A stretch of 64,000 bases of DNA, taken from contig OZ037766.1 of NCBI GenBank assembly GCA_964035545.1, forward strand, positions 22,680,767 to 22,744,766, read 5' to 3'. Origin of the DNA: Bugula neritina. Lineage: Eukaryota; Animalia; Bryozoa. Below, piece by piece: positions 14,110 to 27,300 of the stretch (position 1 is its first letter; every line of letters begins with the position of its first letter). Under the pieces are notes generated by a model. It had not been told where the DNA came from. It saw nothing but the letters and a program-made list of their open reading frames with translations, and did no database searches. A program made the position numbers and the translations under genes.

Positions 14110-16284
14110 GGTCACTGGCGTCCGTGTCGAGGATGTACTCCAGAGTGGGGTCTGGGTAGGCCAAGATGGGCGCCGTTAGTAGGCAGCCCTTGAGGCGGTC
14201 GAACGCTCCTTGTTCGACTGGGGTCCACTGCCACGTCACTCCCTTTGCGGTGAGCCGGTTTAATGGCTGGGCTATGCCCGCAAAGTCCGGTATGTATTGC
14301 CTGTAATACCCTACCAGCCCCAAGAAAGCCCGGAGTCCGGTCAAGTCTTGGGGGGTGACCCAGTCTTCTACCGCCCGTACCTTTTCGGGATCCGTTGCCA
14401 CGCCGTTTCGACCGACAACGTGCCCCAGGTACTTGACCTCCGGCTGCAATAGAGCTCACTTGGAAGGTTTGAGCTTAAGACCGGCACCTCGGAGTCTCTC
14501 GAAAACCTCCTGCAGACGACTGACATGTGTCTCGAAGTCTGGAGAGATTACGATGACATCATCGAGGTAGACCAGCAGTGTCTTTCAATGGAGTCCGCTA
14601 AGGACTTGTTCCATCAGCCTCTGGAAGGTGGCTGGGGCGGAGGTTAACCCGAAGGGCAGCACCTTCCACTTCCACAGCCCGTCCCGTGTGATAAACGCCG
14701 CTTTCTCCTGGGCGTCGGGACTCAGAGGGACTTGCCAATAGCCACTCAGCAAGTCTAATGTACTGAAGTACTTGCTGCCGGCTAGGGCGTCCAAGGACTC
14801 GTTAATACGAGGTAGAGGGTAGGCGTCCTGTATGGTTACGTTATTGAGTTTACGGTAATCCACACAGAACCGCCAACTGCCGTCTTTCTTCCGGACCAGT
14901 ACGACCGGTGAGCTCCACGCACTATGGGCGGGCTCTATGAGGCCGCGGTCCAGAAGATCCCGTACTTGTCGGCTAACCTCCTTCTCTTTTTCCGGCCCCA
15001 GCCTACGTGTGGGTTGCCGGACAGGGACTGTCCCCGCAGTCAGCGGTATTTCGTGTCTGACAACTCCAGTCAGCCCCACGTCATGATCTCCGCTACTGAA
15101 CACATCACCGTAGTCGCGTAGCAACTTCGCCATAGCTTGGCGTTCCTTGTTGCTCGCGCAGCCGCCACAGGCTGTTTCATATAACTCCCGGAGATGTGTT
15201 GGGGCTGCCCCTCGTCCCTGAATAGGGTGTCGAGGGGGTGCCTCCGTCGCGTCACCCAGCGACGGGCCCACGTCCTCTTCCTGGACGGAGTGGAACCGGC
15301 CCAGCATTGACCCAGCTGGGAGCTCAATGGGCTCGGTAAAGGGGTTGACACACTGCACTAAGACCTCCCCTCGCTCAGTTAGTCGGTTTAAACTACTGGC
15401 GAGTTGGATCCTTTCGTGCGCGCCTTCAACGACCCCGAGCCTGGCTATCCGGTTGCTGTTCACTCGGCAGTGGATAGTAGCTCTGGAGCGTCCGGGCACG
15501 GTGCAGTTTCGAACTACCTGAACACCGCCCACCAGAGGACGCCCAAACTTATCCACACAGGCGAGTTCTCGCCCGCCCATCAGCACCACCGACTTGCTAA
15601 AGTCTATTCGGCACTGGTGTTGCTTCAAGAAGGGCATTCCGAGGATAGCGTCTTCTTCCAGTTGGCTTATGACAAAGGTCTCCTGTACAGCCTGGTCTCG
15701 GACACGCCCAGGGAGCTCGATAATACCATAAAAGGGAATACATGACCCGTCTGCCAGGGTGCCATGTTCCCCAGTATACGGTCGTACTCTATCCCTGTCC
15801 CGGCGGGGCAGTGCCTCAAAGACTCTCCGACTGAGAAGGTTGGTAGTACAACCGGAGTCGAGCAGGAAAGTGACGGCGTCGCCGGCCACCTTTCCGGGTA
15901 GGAAATAGCTCTCTCCATGTGGTTGTACTTTCACCCCCCCGCATGTGCTGTCCTGGATTGGTAGGACGGCCGGGGTTTCACCCGTGGTTTACGGGGTTTC
16001 CGGCGGCGAGGTTGGTGCCGGTGGGGTTTGGGGCTCTCCACTGGGCCTTCTGGCTCCATTTCAGTGGCGGGCTCCTCTTCCCGAGGTAACCGGTGGAACC
16101 GGTTGGCGAGTGGCAGGGAGAAGGTACTCGGCCGTTGTGCGGGCCTACTAGTCCTGCGTGGTACCTGCCACTCGGGTGGAGTGTTCCGTCGTGTCCGTAC
16201 GGACAGACGACGGCGTGTCCCACCATACTCCTTCAGTTGCGGCCCGCGGGGAGGGAGAGTGTCCGCGGGCCGTGACAGTTTAAC
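14110..16284 (-). pseudogene. pol: Disabled pol (protease, RT, start of RNase H) of element A
   Basis: Protease LLDSGC and RT motifs WRFCVDYRKLN, LPFGLTSAPATFQR and YLDD are present. Lesions: frame break at the G7 run 15934-15940, TGG>TGA nonsense at 14585-14587, and deletion after DTDASDQ. Confidence 0.93.
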
Positions 16285-17099
16285 GCCCCCTGGTATTGGG
16301 GTCGTCCTTTCTGTCCCTGGTCCTGACCAGCACTACTCCAGCCCTGCCCCACAGGCGTTGGGGGCACCCGCAGGGCCTGACCGGGGCTAGCACCGGCCAG
16401 AATGGTTACCAGTTGTCCCAGCATCTCTACCATACGGTCCACTTCGGCTTCCAGCGGGAGGGCTTTGGGACCTGTCGTAGCCCTGGCAGCGCTGACTCCA
16501 ACTACTGGTGGGTTCCGTTGTGCTCGATGCATTTGGGTAGCCAACAGGTAAGCTTCTCCAGCCTTCAGGGCATCCTCTATTCTGGTTATCCCTTTAGCTC
16601 GTAGTTGATGGTGTAGGCCCAGGTCGTTTAGTGACTGGACAAAGGCGTCATAGGTGTAACGCTCTTGGTGTTGTGCTGGCAGATCGCTATACGCAATCTG
16701 CACCAGCTTCTTCACCGTCGCGGCATGTTCTTGCAGCGAGGTCCGCGGGGTGCGGCACAATCTCTCTAGCTTGGTCCTAGCGTCTATTGCGGAGATGCCA
16801 AAACGGGCCCGCAGCGCAGCCAGTATCCCGTTTACGTCCGTTCCCACTCCGTACGGCTTGGCTTGTTCCGTCACCGCTCTCCGCAATTGGATAAGGGCCA
16901 CTCTATGCGGCCATTGAGCAATCTCCATTACCTCTCTAAATTCTTGTATAAACTGTTCGACATCCTCTGACCCAGTAAAGGTGGGAGCTTTCAAGCAATA
17001 TCTATAAGCTTCTTCTCCCTCACGATTCACAGGATTAACATCATTTCTACGCTCACCTTCTACTGGGGGTGGTTGCATTCTAGCATTTTCAGTCTCCAT
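16233..17099 (-). CDS. gag: Gag of element A (288 aa)
   Basis: Open ORF just after the PBS; clearly homologous to element B gag (PTFTGSEDVEQFIQEF versus PTFGGDGDVEQFIREF). Confidence 0.88.
   Translation of the reverse strand: METENARMQPPPVEGERRNDVNPVNREGEEAYRYCLKAPTFTGSEDVEQFIQEFREVMEIAQWPHRVALIQLRRAVTEQAKPYGVGTDVNGILAALRARFGISAIDARTKLERLCRTPRTSLQEHAATVKKLVQIAYSDLPAQHQERYTYDAFVQSLNDLGLHHQLRAKGITRIEDALKAGEAYLLATQMHRAQRNPPVVGVSAARATTGPKALPLEAEVDRMVEMLGQLVTILAGASPGQALRVPPTPVGQGWSSAGQDQGQKGRPQYQGALNCHGPRTLSLPAGRN
16240..16284 (-). promoter_or_regulatory. -1 ribosomal frameshift signal of element A (G TTA AAC plus 10-bp stem)
   Basis: Heptamer at 16284-16278 in the gag frame, 5-nt spacer, perfect stem CGGCCCGCGG/CCGCGGGCCG. 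The -1 frame reads EWQVPRR...PLANRF, homologous to the pol N-terminus of B. Confidence 0.8.
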
Positions 17100-17113
17100 C
17101 TTTGATGTACACT

Positions 17114-17131
17114 ATCCCACCGCTGCCACCA
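17114..17131 (-). promoter_or_regulatory. Primer-binding site of element A (tRNA-Leu)
   Basis: TGGTGGCAGCGGTGGGAT, complementary to the 3' end of metazoan tRNA-Leu(AAG/TAG) (...ATCCCACCGCTGCCACCA), 1 nt inside the 5' LTR. Confidence 0.9.
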
Positions 17132-17132
17132 C

Positions 17133-17437
17133 TGTTATGTTTTCCAGATTTAGGGTCGATGTGCCACCAAGAGAGTCTATTTATCACTAGAGAAACTTCA
17201 CCGAGTTAAGTCGAGTAGATATCGTTATATTTGAATACAAGAATACATAATAAAATCTAATATACAACAGTAATAATACGCACGTCTATTTAATTTACAG
17301 CACTATCCTCAACTGAGCTAGTAGCGCGAAGCTGCTACTATTACTCATAAACAGCCTAGCTAATTGGCTAATACATTGTTCCGGGTCAATACGCAACCCT
17401 GCGTATTGTGTTGCTGGTAGCTCCACGAGCCACCACA
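17133..17437 (-). repeat. 5' LTR of element A
   Basis: Direct repeat of 12430-12734, adjacent to the PBS. Confidence 0.95.
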
Positions 17438-17709
17438 ATATCCAGTCAGAGATACTTGATCTTATTTAAAACTATAAAGTCAAAGTGCTTCTTTTGGTTT
17501 ACAGTTTGGAATTTGTTTGACTTGCATCTACTGTTTACTGTTAGTGTTAGGTGGAAATTGTGTTAAGTATGTTTTATGGGTTTCCTCTGATGTCTCTCAT
17601 CACTAATGATCTTGGCAAGAAACTACCATGATATACTAATGAGTTTGTGTATATAGATGTTAGATCACCTTGAGCAGCAGACCTTGTGGTTAACTATAAA
17701 AAAAAAATT

Positions 17710-18010
17710 CTCTGGGACTCGAATCTTATACCTCCGTCTTGCAAGCAGGCGCACTAACCATTACATCACAGTGGCCACTGGTTAAACTCAACAGTGCATT
17801 TCACTCAGTTCTCAAGAACTCCACTGGCTTCTCTACTACTCCTTCAGGCTTCCCTGGCCTGTCAATTCTACTGGAGTACTACTACTATACTTCATTAATG
17901 GCCAATATAGCTTATAAAACTTTTCCTTCCACTGGGATTCAAACCTGAGATCTTCACCTTGCAAGCAAGCATGTCAACGATTACAGCACAGGGGCCACTG
18001 GGTAAACTCA
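17710..18010 (-). repeat. tRNA-derived (TGC anticodon-like) ~220-bp tandem repeat or SINE, ~1.4 units
   Basis: tRNA-like heads at ~17713 and ~17933 (minus strand TAATGGTTAG...CTTGCAA...GATTCGAGTCCC); a homologous copy lies at 47320-47560. Confidence 0.65.
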
Positions 18011-18039
18011 TCAACATATTTTGGCAATTTCTTGTGATA

Positions 18040-18860
18040 ACCAGTATTGAATGTTGTGATGGAAGATTTTTATTTTGCTCGGTGATTAAACCAATTTTTG
18101 CCCCTCTGAAATCCATAAATTTTACACAACTCTCAATGCATTATTGATACGATGTGGTCGTGTCTTATAATGTATTCTCTTTGTGCTAACTTCTCACATT
18201 AACTAAATCCATGTATCATGCTTTTGTCTTTTGCATTACACATCCAACACTTGTTGCTACCTTGTTCTTTCATCACGGTCACTTCGTAATTTCTAATAGG
18301 AAGTTCTTGATTTTTCGCAGCAGCCAACAACATTCCTTCTGTTAACCAACCAAATTTTACCAGTTCCCTATGAGCATTTTTTGTCTCTTTTGGTGTACTA
18401 GTTATGTAGAGCGTTTTCTTTTTATCCATCAGTTCTCTATCACTTTTCCATTCCTAAACTATGCTGCAATGTTTTCTCCTTCAGGAGGTTATTCAGTATA
18501 GTATATCTATCTATACTTGTTATTTTGAAGTAATCTGACAAGTTGGATTCTTCAATCTTTGCACATTTTTTCATTGGCTCCATTTTTCTGCTATCTTTCC
18601 TTCTGCTAACATGTGGCCTGTCCACATCTGCTCTTGGGTGGAGTGCACGATTTATTGTCATAAGCTTCCTTGTCTTTCTGCAAATGTCCTTTAGCTCATC
18701 AACAGCCCTGTCAAGTATTCCAGCACTGCTGACACTGCTCATCTATATATTGTTTTTATTATAATTCCCTTCATTCGGTTTTGAGTGCAGAACTTTTCTT
18801 ATTCATCTATAGTACTCCTTCTTGATCCTTTCTTTCATTTTTTCCATTTTTATTCTATTT
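18040..18860 (-). mobile_element. Degraded non-LTR retrotransposon fragment (R4/Dong-like post-RT region)
   Basis: Broken frames read KTRKLMTINRALHPRADVDR, TEGMLLAA..NQEL..RNY, KCWMC..KD..IH and CEKLAQREYIIRHD, typical of the region between RT and the CCHC/endonuclease of these elements; multiple stops and frameshifts. Confidence 0.7.
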
Positions 18861-19150
18861 GTCTTGTAAAATCCAATGAATATTATTTTATCTGTTATTA
18901 TGAATAATATTTTATGATTATGAATATTAAATATAAATATGAATTTGATGAATAATATTTATATATTACTATTAAATTTAATAAGTGTTAATATATTTTA
19001 AATTTGTGTAGTTTACTCTAATTCTGCAAACTTTTTTCTGTAATTTTTGAACTTATTATAATTTAATTTTGCTTTTAGGTGTTGAAAATCATCAAAAGCC
19101 TAAAGCAGAAATTATCAATATGCAATAGCAAATAATTGTAAACAGCTATT

Positions 19151-20100
19151 ATGTACACACTGCTGTCTGGGTTGTATAAACATTTAACTCAAAAGGATCA
19201 GTACTACATTCTAATCCTTGGTCTTGATAATGCTGGTAAAACGACGTACCTGGAGCAGACTCAAACTAGATTCAATAAAAATTACAAGCCTACAAATCTG
19301 GCTAGGATCACCGCTACAGTTGGTCTAAACATTGGAAAAATAGATGTTGGAAAAATGACATTTAACTTTTGGGATCTAGGTGGTCAAGAGGAATTGCAGC
19401 TGTTATGGGACAAGTATTACGCTGAGTGTCATGCTGTAGTCTATATGATCGATTCAGCAGAAACATCTCGGTAAGTTGAGTAGACTTGCAATCACTGCTT
19501 TTTCTATAATGGGTCTGTTTATATGTATGTCATAAGAAAGTTTGATAAGGCCAAAAAAAAATTCTTTGCAACAATACTTTTATGCAGTATCACAAGTGGG
19601 TAAAACAAAAAGATAAATGGAAAACATGCTACCACTATTTTTTCCATTAGGACTATGAACAGTGTATTAGCTTTGTGTCATTACAGAGAAAAGCATTAAT
19701 TTGCCTTCCCATCATTAAAACAATTTATTTGTAAATTTAGTCATATACCAATCATGGTTGTTGAATGTGACAACTAATCTTATCAGACGTAACAAATATT
19801 CTGATATTGTTAAGGTTGCAAGAATCGCTGGAATCATTTAATAAAATGATATGTAATGAACATTTAAATGGAGTGCCGTTGTTGGTGATTGCTAATAAGC
19901 AAGACCTGGAAGAGAGTGTACATATTCCTGATATAAAGACAGTATTCAACACTAGTGCGCAGAAGATAGGTCAGAGAGACTGTAGTGTCATGGCTGCCAG
20001 TGCACTTAAAGGGGACGGCATAGATGAGGGCATCGAGTGGCTTGTGAAATGCGTGGCTCGTAATAAACACAATCGGCCACCTACCGAACCTGATCAATGA
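19151..20100 (+). CDS. ARFRP1: ADP-ribosylation factor-related protein 1 (201 aa, 2 coding exons)
   Basis: Exons 19151-19470 and 19815-20100. Motifs MYTLLSGLYK, GLDNAGKTT, TVGLNIG, WDLGGQEELQ and ANKQD. A splice acceptor at ~19078 implies an upstream 5'UTR exon. Confidence 0.96.
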
Positions 20101-21339
20101 CAAATTTGTTTTTATTTTTGTCCTTGACTTTGCTGGCAACTAATAAAAAATATGGTATAAAAATTATTTATGAATTTTCAAGTTATAATAATTAAAAGAG
20201 TTTTATATAACTGTCACCTGTATTATATGACATGCTCATAATATTTGTAATACTATCATGAGTCTGTCATGTAAATGCTATGTGTCAAAGGATGTGTTGA
20301 AATTTTAAAGTTTCTTGAATTGTTACATCATATTTTATTGGTTTAAATATTTTTCTTCAGTTGTAAGTAAAATATGTCATGTCTTGTTTTCTCCAGTCTG
20401 TTAAGTTTAGTTTGAATTGTACAATTTTTTAAGTGAAATATGGAAAATTTTGGAAATAATTATGACTTGAATCAAATGTAATATGCCAATGCTGTGAAAT
20501 GCAGGAGTAGTCATGAAACCAGTAGTACTGTAACTATTGAGTCAACATATGCAGTGCTTAAATGATTTTTTTAGTAAATTATTTCTATCCACCAACTATT
20601 TTGTTATAGCTTATAATGCCATTGCCCATTAGCTACATTTAGATGTGGTGCAATATAAATAAATACTGTTTTATGCTGATATTGTTGAATAGTTGGCTAT
20701 TGTATCATTTGACTGTACTTAGCTATAAGTGATGAATATGTTATCAGTGTATTAGAATTATCGTTTTTGCATCTTAAAAGTTGAATTGAAACTTATGTTG
20801 TTTCTATTCCAATATTAACAATGTACGTCTTAAGTTTCAGTCATTTTAAAATGTATTTGCACTACACTTGAGCAGTGCTAATTTCACTTCTTAGGTAATG
20901 CTGCAAACCATATTAAATAGTGAAAAAACATTAGGTAACAGAATAGTTTTTGCTCATTGTACCACATCACCATTTATAATAAAAAATAAAACCTCTTTTA
21001 TAAACAGAACTCATCAAAAGTTGAGAACAGACATAAAAAGGAGATGAAATGAATATTATATGTGAGACATTGATTGTAAAAATGGGATATATCGTCACCC
21101 AGCTGCATTGGGTAAACTGAAGTTGTCTTTTCTTAGCATAGTTTAGGAACAGCGTGGGACTGTTTTCGTGTAGTAACGGAATTACGGCTTGGTTGTTCAA
21201 GCTACAATCTGTGGAAGCATTTATACAACCGTTTACAAATCTTTACCTGCAGAAACATAAATCAATCAGAAAACGGATAGTTTGATAGAAAAATTTCAAG
21301 TTGAAGGGTCTAAAAAAGAAGTTTCAGTATGCTATCACA

Positions 21340-24300
21340 ATGAAGAAATTAGTTTTAAGCTCTCCACACGTGCCTAGCATAACATATACTTGTAAAGTCA
21401 GACTTTTTCGAGATAGTGATTTTATCAGCGTGTCGTTTCAAGTAAGTTATACTGATACTAATAGTAATAGTAATACTAATAGTAATAGTAATGTTGATGT
21501 TATACTTATAGTTATACTCATACTGGTTATAGTTATAGTAATTCAAGGAACTAGGAAGTACTCGTGTATGATTTATTACATTTACTAACACTAACATCAA
21601 CACCTATAACTTAAAGTATACTGTTTGAGTTACACTAGTATACTTTCATTATTACTATGATTATGGCTGAGTATCAGTATGAGTATGGCAATCGCAATTT
21701 CACGATCACAATGACAATGTCAAGCCAATGGCAATGCCAATAGTCACACTCATAGTGATAGTGATAGAGTTAAACATTACGGTTACCTCAGATTACCCCA
21801 GATGAGGTAGAACTTCTTTGCAATCTGTGTTTAGATCTGATAGGAAGCCTCTTGTTAGATACATTGTTTGGGCAGGTTATATATATTGCAACAGCACAGT
21901 ACTGTTTCGTGTCTTGGTTGGTGAAAAAGTTTTGTTTTACGAATTGATTGACTTATAAGTTATATAACTTAAACTTGATTTACTAAAGTTATAATCAACT
22001 AATAGTGATAATCATAATATTATAATTATAGCACAAGCTATAAATATAAATATGGAAAAGTGTTTTAGTTGTACTAAATCTAATTATAAGTATAGCCATA
22101 TTTTAGTTTTTTAACTAATACTATAATGATGAATTGGAGTATAACTTGTTATTGTAATAATGTTGATAGTTGCTCCATATAATGTACCTGTAGGTATTAC
22201 TATTCTTATTATTACGGCTAAATATAATGTAGTAAATATTAAAGTGGTAGAAAATTTGTGCTTCACTCATCAATTGCACAATTTTTGTTGATTTTAACAT
22301 TAAAACTGGTAGAGGTTGCAGCTATAGCTAACACTAACCACAAATATAGTAATACAAGGAGTTGGTATGATAGTTGTGAACCACTAAATAAAACAGTTTG
22401 TCATTTGGTGTAATGGCCTGTTTCCAATGAAGTTGTTAAAGCTAAATAGGGTAAAAAGTCTAGGCTAAAATCTTATATCAACAACATGAAACATGTAATA
22501 ATGTAAGAAATAAAGCAATACAAAACTGCCAAAAAATACAAAAACTCTCAAACTTGATTTATTTCAACAAATACTTTCTATTTTCAAAATTGAACTTGTG
22601 CTTCAGAACAAATACAAATCTGGTACAAAAATTCAAACAATGTGAAAATTTATGCAATTTTTTATTACTACTGATTCAAATTTAAAATCATATCCCATAT
22701 TTAGGAATTTAATTTTACTCAACTGTGATAACTGATTAGAAACCTTATACTAAGGTTTGGAGATTTGCCTGTCTGATTTATATTTGTTTAAAATGGAATT
22801 TATAGTGGACCATGGGGGGTTTGGAGGCTATAAAAGATATTTAGCCAAGTTGTTGGTGGATAAATTATCGTAATCCTTGTACAGTTGGCAGCTTAATTTA
22901 CCATCTGTGTGCTTATCTCTGTAAGCTCCTGTTAATCTAGGAAATATATTTGAATCAACAATTTTTAAGCATACTGGTAATAAAATATTTTACCCTGCTG
23001 TAGCTAATGAAAATAAATACATACGTTTATAAATAAGTTTTCTAATTGTAAATAGTCATATTCACTGTACTTATTCATTTACGTGCCTGCTGTAATGATG
23101 GACTTTATGATTTACATGCATGGTCTAAAATCATTGCATGTATTTAAAAAAAACCTTCTTATAACGTTGAGAAAGTTTTATTATTATATTTTGTAAATTT
23201 CGATAAATCTATTCATCTTGCGTAACATGTCTTGTAACGTAATTATATGTATCATGTGTATGCGTTTGGGTATATATACATGCATATATAATATGTATGT
23301 ACCGGTATGTAGCTTTATGTATAAATAAATATTGGTATTCAATAAATAGCAGCCAATGTGATGTACTGCATGTTTTAATCATATAACTTGCAGGATCGGT
23401 GCCTCAACTGCCTTTCATGCTGTCAAACTAAAGAATTTTGTTTTTATATACTCTTAGTTGTGTGTTGAAATATTATACTGAACTCGCCTACTGCGAAGAC
23501 CACTTATAATAAATGTCAATTGACTTACTATTGCCAAACTTCATTTGGAAGCATTTGAAGATTTAAGCTGCCTTACTTTATAAAGCTTGTTATATTTGAT
23601 TCTCTCTTGACTCTCTCAACTGCCTGCATTATGTCTAAACTTGTTAATATCACATGTTTTAGAAACAAGTAACAGGTCAATGGTTGCTGGATTACGTCTG
23701 CAGTGAACTCAATCTCGTGGAGAAATATTATTTTGGCTTACGGTATACTGATCAGCACAGCAAACGTGTAAGCTGATTTATAAACTGATAACTTTTTTCA
23801 ATATTTTGTCCATGATATTTGTAAAGGTCACTTATTTATGTTTTTTATATAGCCTAACTGACTCGCAACAAAGTTACTGGATTTAGCACAAGAGTGTGAG
23901 AACAAAAAGTTCCAATTTATTTAGGGGTAAAAAGTCATGCGGGTTTTTATGCAAGTTATCTGATAAACTGATGGTAAATTTTTTTCACCATTTTTGTTTT
24001 CCTACTTAGCATTATGTTGGTTGGAATTAGTAAGTACCAAGCTTTTTTATGATATAACAAACTATAGTTTATAGTTTTTGCCTAATCACAAAATGTAATT
24101 AGTAATTGAGTCATTAATGAATAATACTGCATGAGTAGCCCAAGTAGCCACAAGTTTGAAAACTAAACAAGTGGAGTTGTAACTGTTTCATCTTTAGCTT
24201 GAGGGACTACTAGTACCCGAACATATTTACGAAATTAGTGATAGAAATAGTGTTATGTAAGTGAACAGTTTTATCTGTTACTATTTATACAGAGTATTAG

Positions 24301-27300
24301 ACTATCCTCTGGTAATGAAGTATAAGTACTGGTGCAGTTTTCCTCTTATTGTTACAGTTTGTCTCTACTTGATTATGTAACATAATTTTGTTTTTATTTT
24401 CTTCATCTTTTGATATTGTACCACGGTCTACTGCTGCACATTTGTGTAAAATGTAGTTCTTATGGAAGATAAATTATTGGGTGTAAAAATTATTATAATC
24501 CCATTCAGGTGTAATTATTTACCTAACTCTGAGACTTGAAAAGCACTAATCCGTATTTTGAGTTCTTACATTATCATTACTTTCTGGTATTATCCCATAT
24601 TATCATGTATCTTATTGGTATTATGTTTATGCTATTTTTATATTCTGCAGAAATGGCTAGATTTGAAGAAGCCTGTACTGAAACAAATCAAAGGTAACCC
24701 TTCTAGTTTAACATTTGATAGTAGAAAATCTTGTTTTCTACTGGATGTTCAATACAGTTGGAAGAAATCTAAATGTTTTTTTTAGTGATCTGTAAAATTT
24801 ATAAACTAAGTTGGTTGTTATTGGTGTTACTTGAGTCTGTACTATGTGTCACTGTGTGTCAAAAGTTGTAGTTCAAAGCATTTGACACCCTATAGCAGGT
24901 GCACTAGAGACTCTTAAGTCCGTTATAAGAGGCTTTACTCAGCCCATTGGTCAACAATTTATAACGTTTTATCTGTTCTCTCTTTTTTACATTTTCGGTT
25001 TTACATGTTGCTTCACTTCATTGCATTTTATGCACTCAGTTATAGGTCATAGCTTACAATACAGCTCCTGGCATATTGGCATTTCTTCAAAAACACTCTA
25101 AATACTGTGGTATCATGGTGGTATAAGTTTTAGATTAGTTTAGGTCGGCTTGATCTCACTCCATACTATCATACCATCATAATTTCCAGCTTCTTCACCC
25201 ACTTACTATCTGCTGCATTCCTGCCAGTGCTAAACTGTGTATCATTGTCCATCATCAGTATGATTCAGCAGTATGCATTGAATATGTTTTGTATTTTAAG
25301 TGTTGCAGCCATGTTAAATCTCTTTCTCTAATGTTCTTCTTTGGATAAAATCCTTGTTTTTTTTCTTGTGGTAAACTCATATTTGATTTTACAATGTGAT
25401 AGTTCTAGGTAGACTACAGTTATGTTATACTAGGCTACATTTGCAATGCATTGTTACTGACATTGAGCATGCTATTTTGTAGACCCAGCCCGGGACTCCA
25501 TTTATTTCCGAGTTAGGTACTACCCAGCTGTGCCTGAGCTGATTCGTGAGGAGATAACCAGGTAACCTACAAATTTCTTCTAGGTGTCAGCTATATCCTA
25601 GGTTCTGCAGCACTAGCTCCATAGCTCTTCTGTGTGACCCATTCCTTGCTCAACTATTTAGCCTTAAATAAATTCCTATCAACTATCATTTTAGTAATTG
25701 CAAATCAGAATATTAGCTGTAAATGCATCTTCTTTCTCAGTATTTTGTAGGGTTTTAGTTTAAAATATACCTGAAACTACACTGAAACTTGTTAGGTAAT
25801 CTTTATGTAAAAGGTAGTAGCCTTGTTTTTGCAACCATTTTCTTTACAATATATTTTGCAAGTATAAATTGTTTGCTACAATTAAACCCCAGATGTGTAT
25901 GTGGCTTTATCATGACTAGTTTTATATTTGTTGGACTGCTTCTAATAGATCTTCTTTAGGCAATTAGCTGATGCAAAATATATAAATCCTTGTGATATAT
26001 ATACAACATGTAAGGTGAACATTTTAGCTACCAGATCTACATGCAGTTGCGCAGAGACGTGTTCCATGGTAGACTTATACCACATTCCAATGATGTTCCC
26101 CTTTTGGCAGCTCTCATCATTCAATGTAAGTCTACATGCAGTTAGCCTATCAGAGATACCATTCTCTCTAACCTATCTAACTGTATTTAGTATAACTAGC
26201 CATGGTTAGCGAACTAGTTCATTGCTGTGAACAACTGCGCCATTCTTAATTTTTGTTGCATTTGCTGTTTCAATTAGAATTAAGTTATATTTAAGCAAAT
26301 TAAAAATTAGTCAATATGGAATGATTGAATATGTGTGATTCCTTTGTTTTTTATTCTGAAAATAGTAATATGATATTACTCTGAAAGTTTTACCTGATTT
26401 TGGCATATATAAAACTGTAATTAGACTGCTGTTTTATTATCTATATGTATCCATGTATTTATAGTAACTGAGGTGAAGGAATTGCACAGCTTTTATTGAT
26501 AGCTATTTTAAATCAATTACAATAATTTTTCCCAGTAACATTAGGCGTTCTCTCAAATACCTTAAGCCAATTTACAGTATAGACTAGTTGCATGACTATT
26601 AAATTCAATCGAATTTTATTAAATACCTTTGCATCACATATTGGGTATGTTAACAGTGATTAAAGCCTTTACAGTGGTCAATAATGTCAATACAGATTTA
26701 CTTGTTGTGTAATGAAAATACTCTTGCAAGTCAATTTGCTAGATTATATTCTTTCTTTATACACTGCGTTTCCATGAAGGCGAATGAATGCGTACGGATG
26801 CCCGTACGGATTACATCGAAGGAAAAACCACACGTTCCTATGCAATCCGTACGAAGTTATCTTCTCTTTGCAACTGTGACGGCTGAACTAAAATGATAAT
26901 TAATATGGCCAACTTTGAGTTTGAGTTCATGCACAACGACAATTTTTTAATTCTGTCTCTATTTTTGATAGATTAAATTAACTAAATACACAAACTTTGA
27001 GTCAGTTTATTTAAAATAAAAAAACCATAAACCAATGAAAGCATAACGTATTTCTTGATCGATAAACAAAAGCTTAAAAGTAATTTAAATTTTCAAAGTG
27101 AAAAAGCTGTCAACTTATTTTTAGCTTGAGAAAGCTTTGGCTTGCAGAATAGTTTTACAAATTTAAGATGATTAGTAATTATTTTAAATAATAGCAGCTA
27201 TAATAAATAAAATAATTTAAATTTTTAAAAGTCGAAGTACACTTTAGCGTAGGTTGTAACCTATAATTATTGTTAGCATCGCGTAACTATGTAACTAGCC

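Larger units (their letters stand above)
12430..17437 (-). mobile_element. Ty3/Gypsy LTR retrotransposon 'A', internally deleted and non-autonomous
   Basis: 305-bp LTRs at 12430-12734 and 17133-17437 (TG...CA, one visible mismatch). ATAT TSD at 12426-12429 and 17438-17441. Has a PBS, a PPT-like G tract, gag, PR and RT; pol breaks off at RNase H DTDASDQ (~14110). Confidence 0.96.

Noticed and set aside
15934-15940. Second programmed frameshift at the G7 run in A
   Set aside because: B is open across this region and A has other inactivating lesions; a homopolymer indel or sequencing error is simpler.
17713-17785. Functional tRNA-Ala gene
   Set aside because: Stems are degenerate, copies diverge, and they sit in a longer repeat unit; treated as a tRNA-derived repeat.
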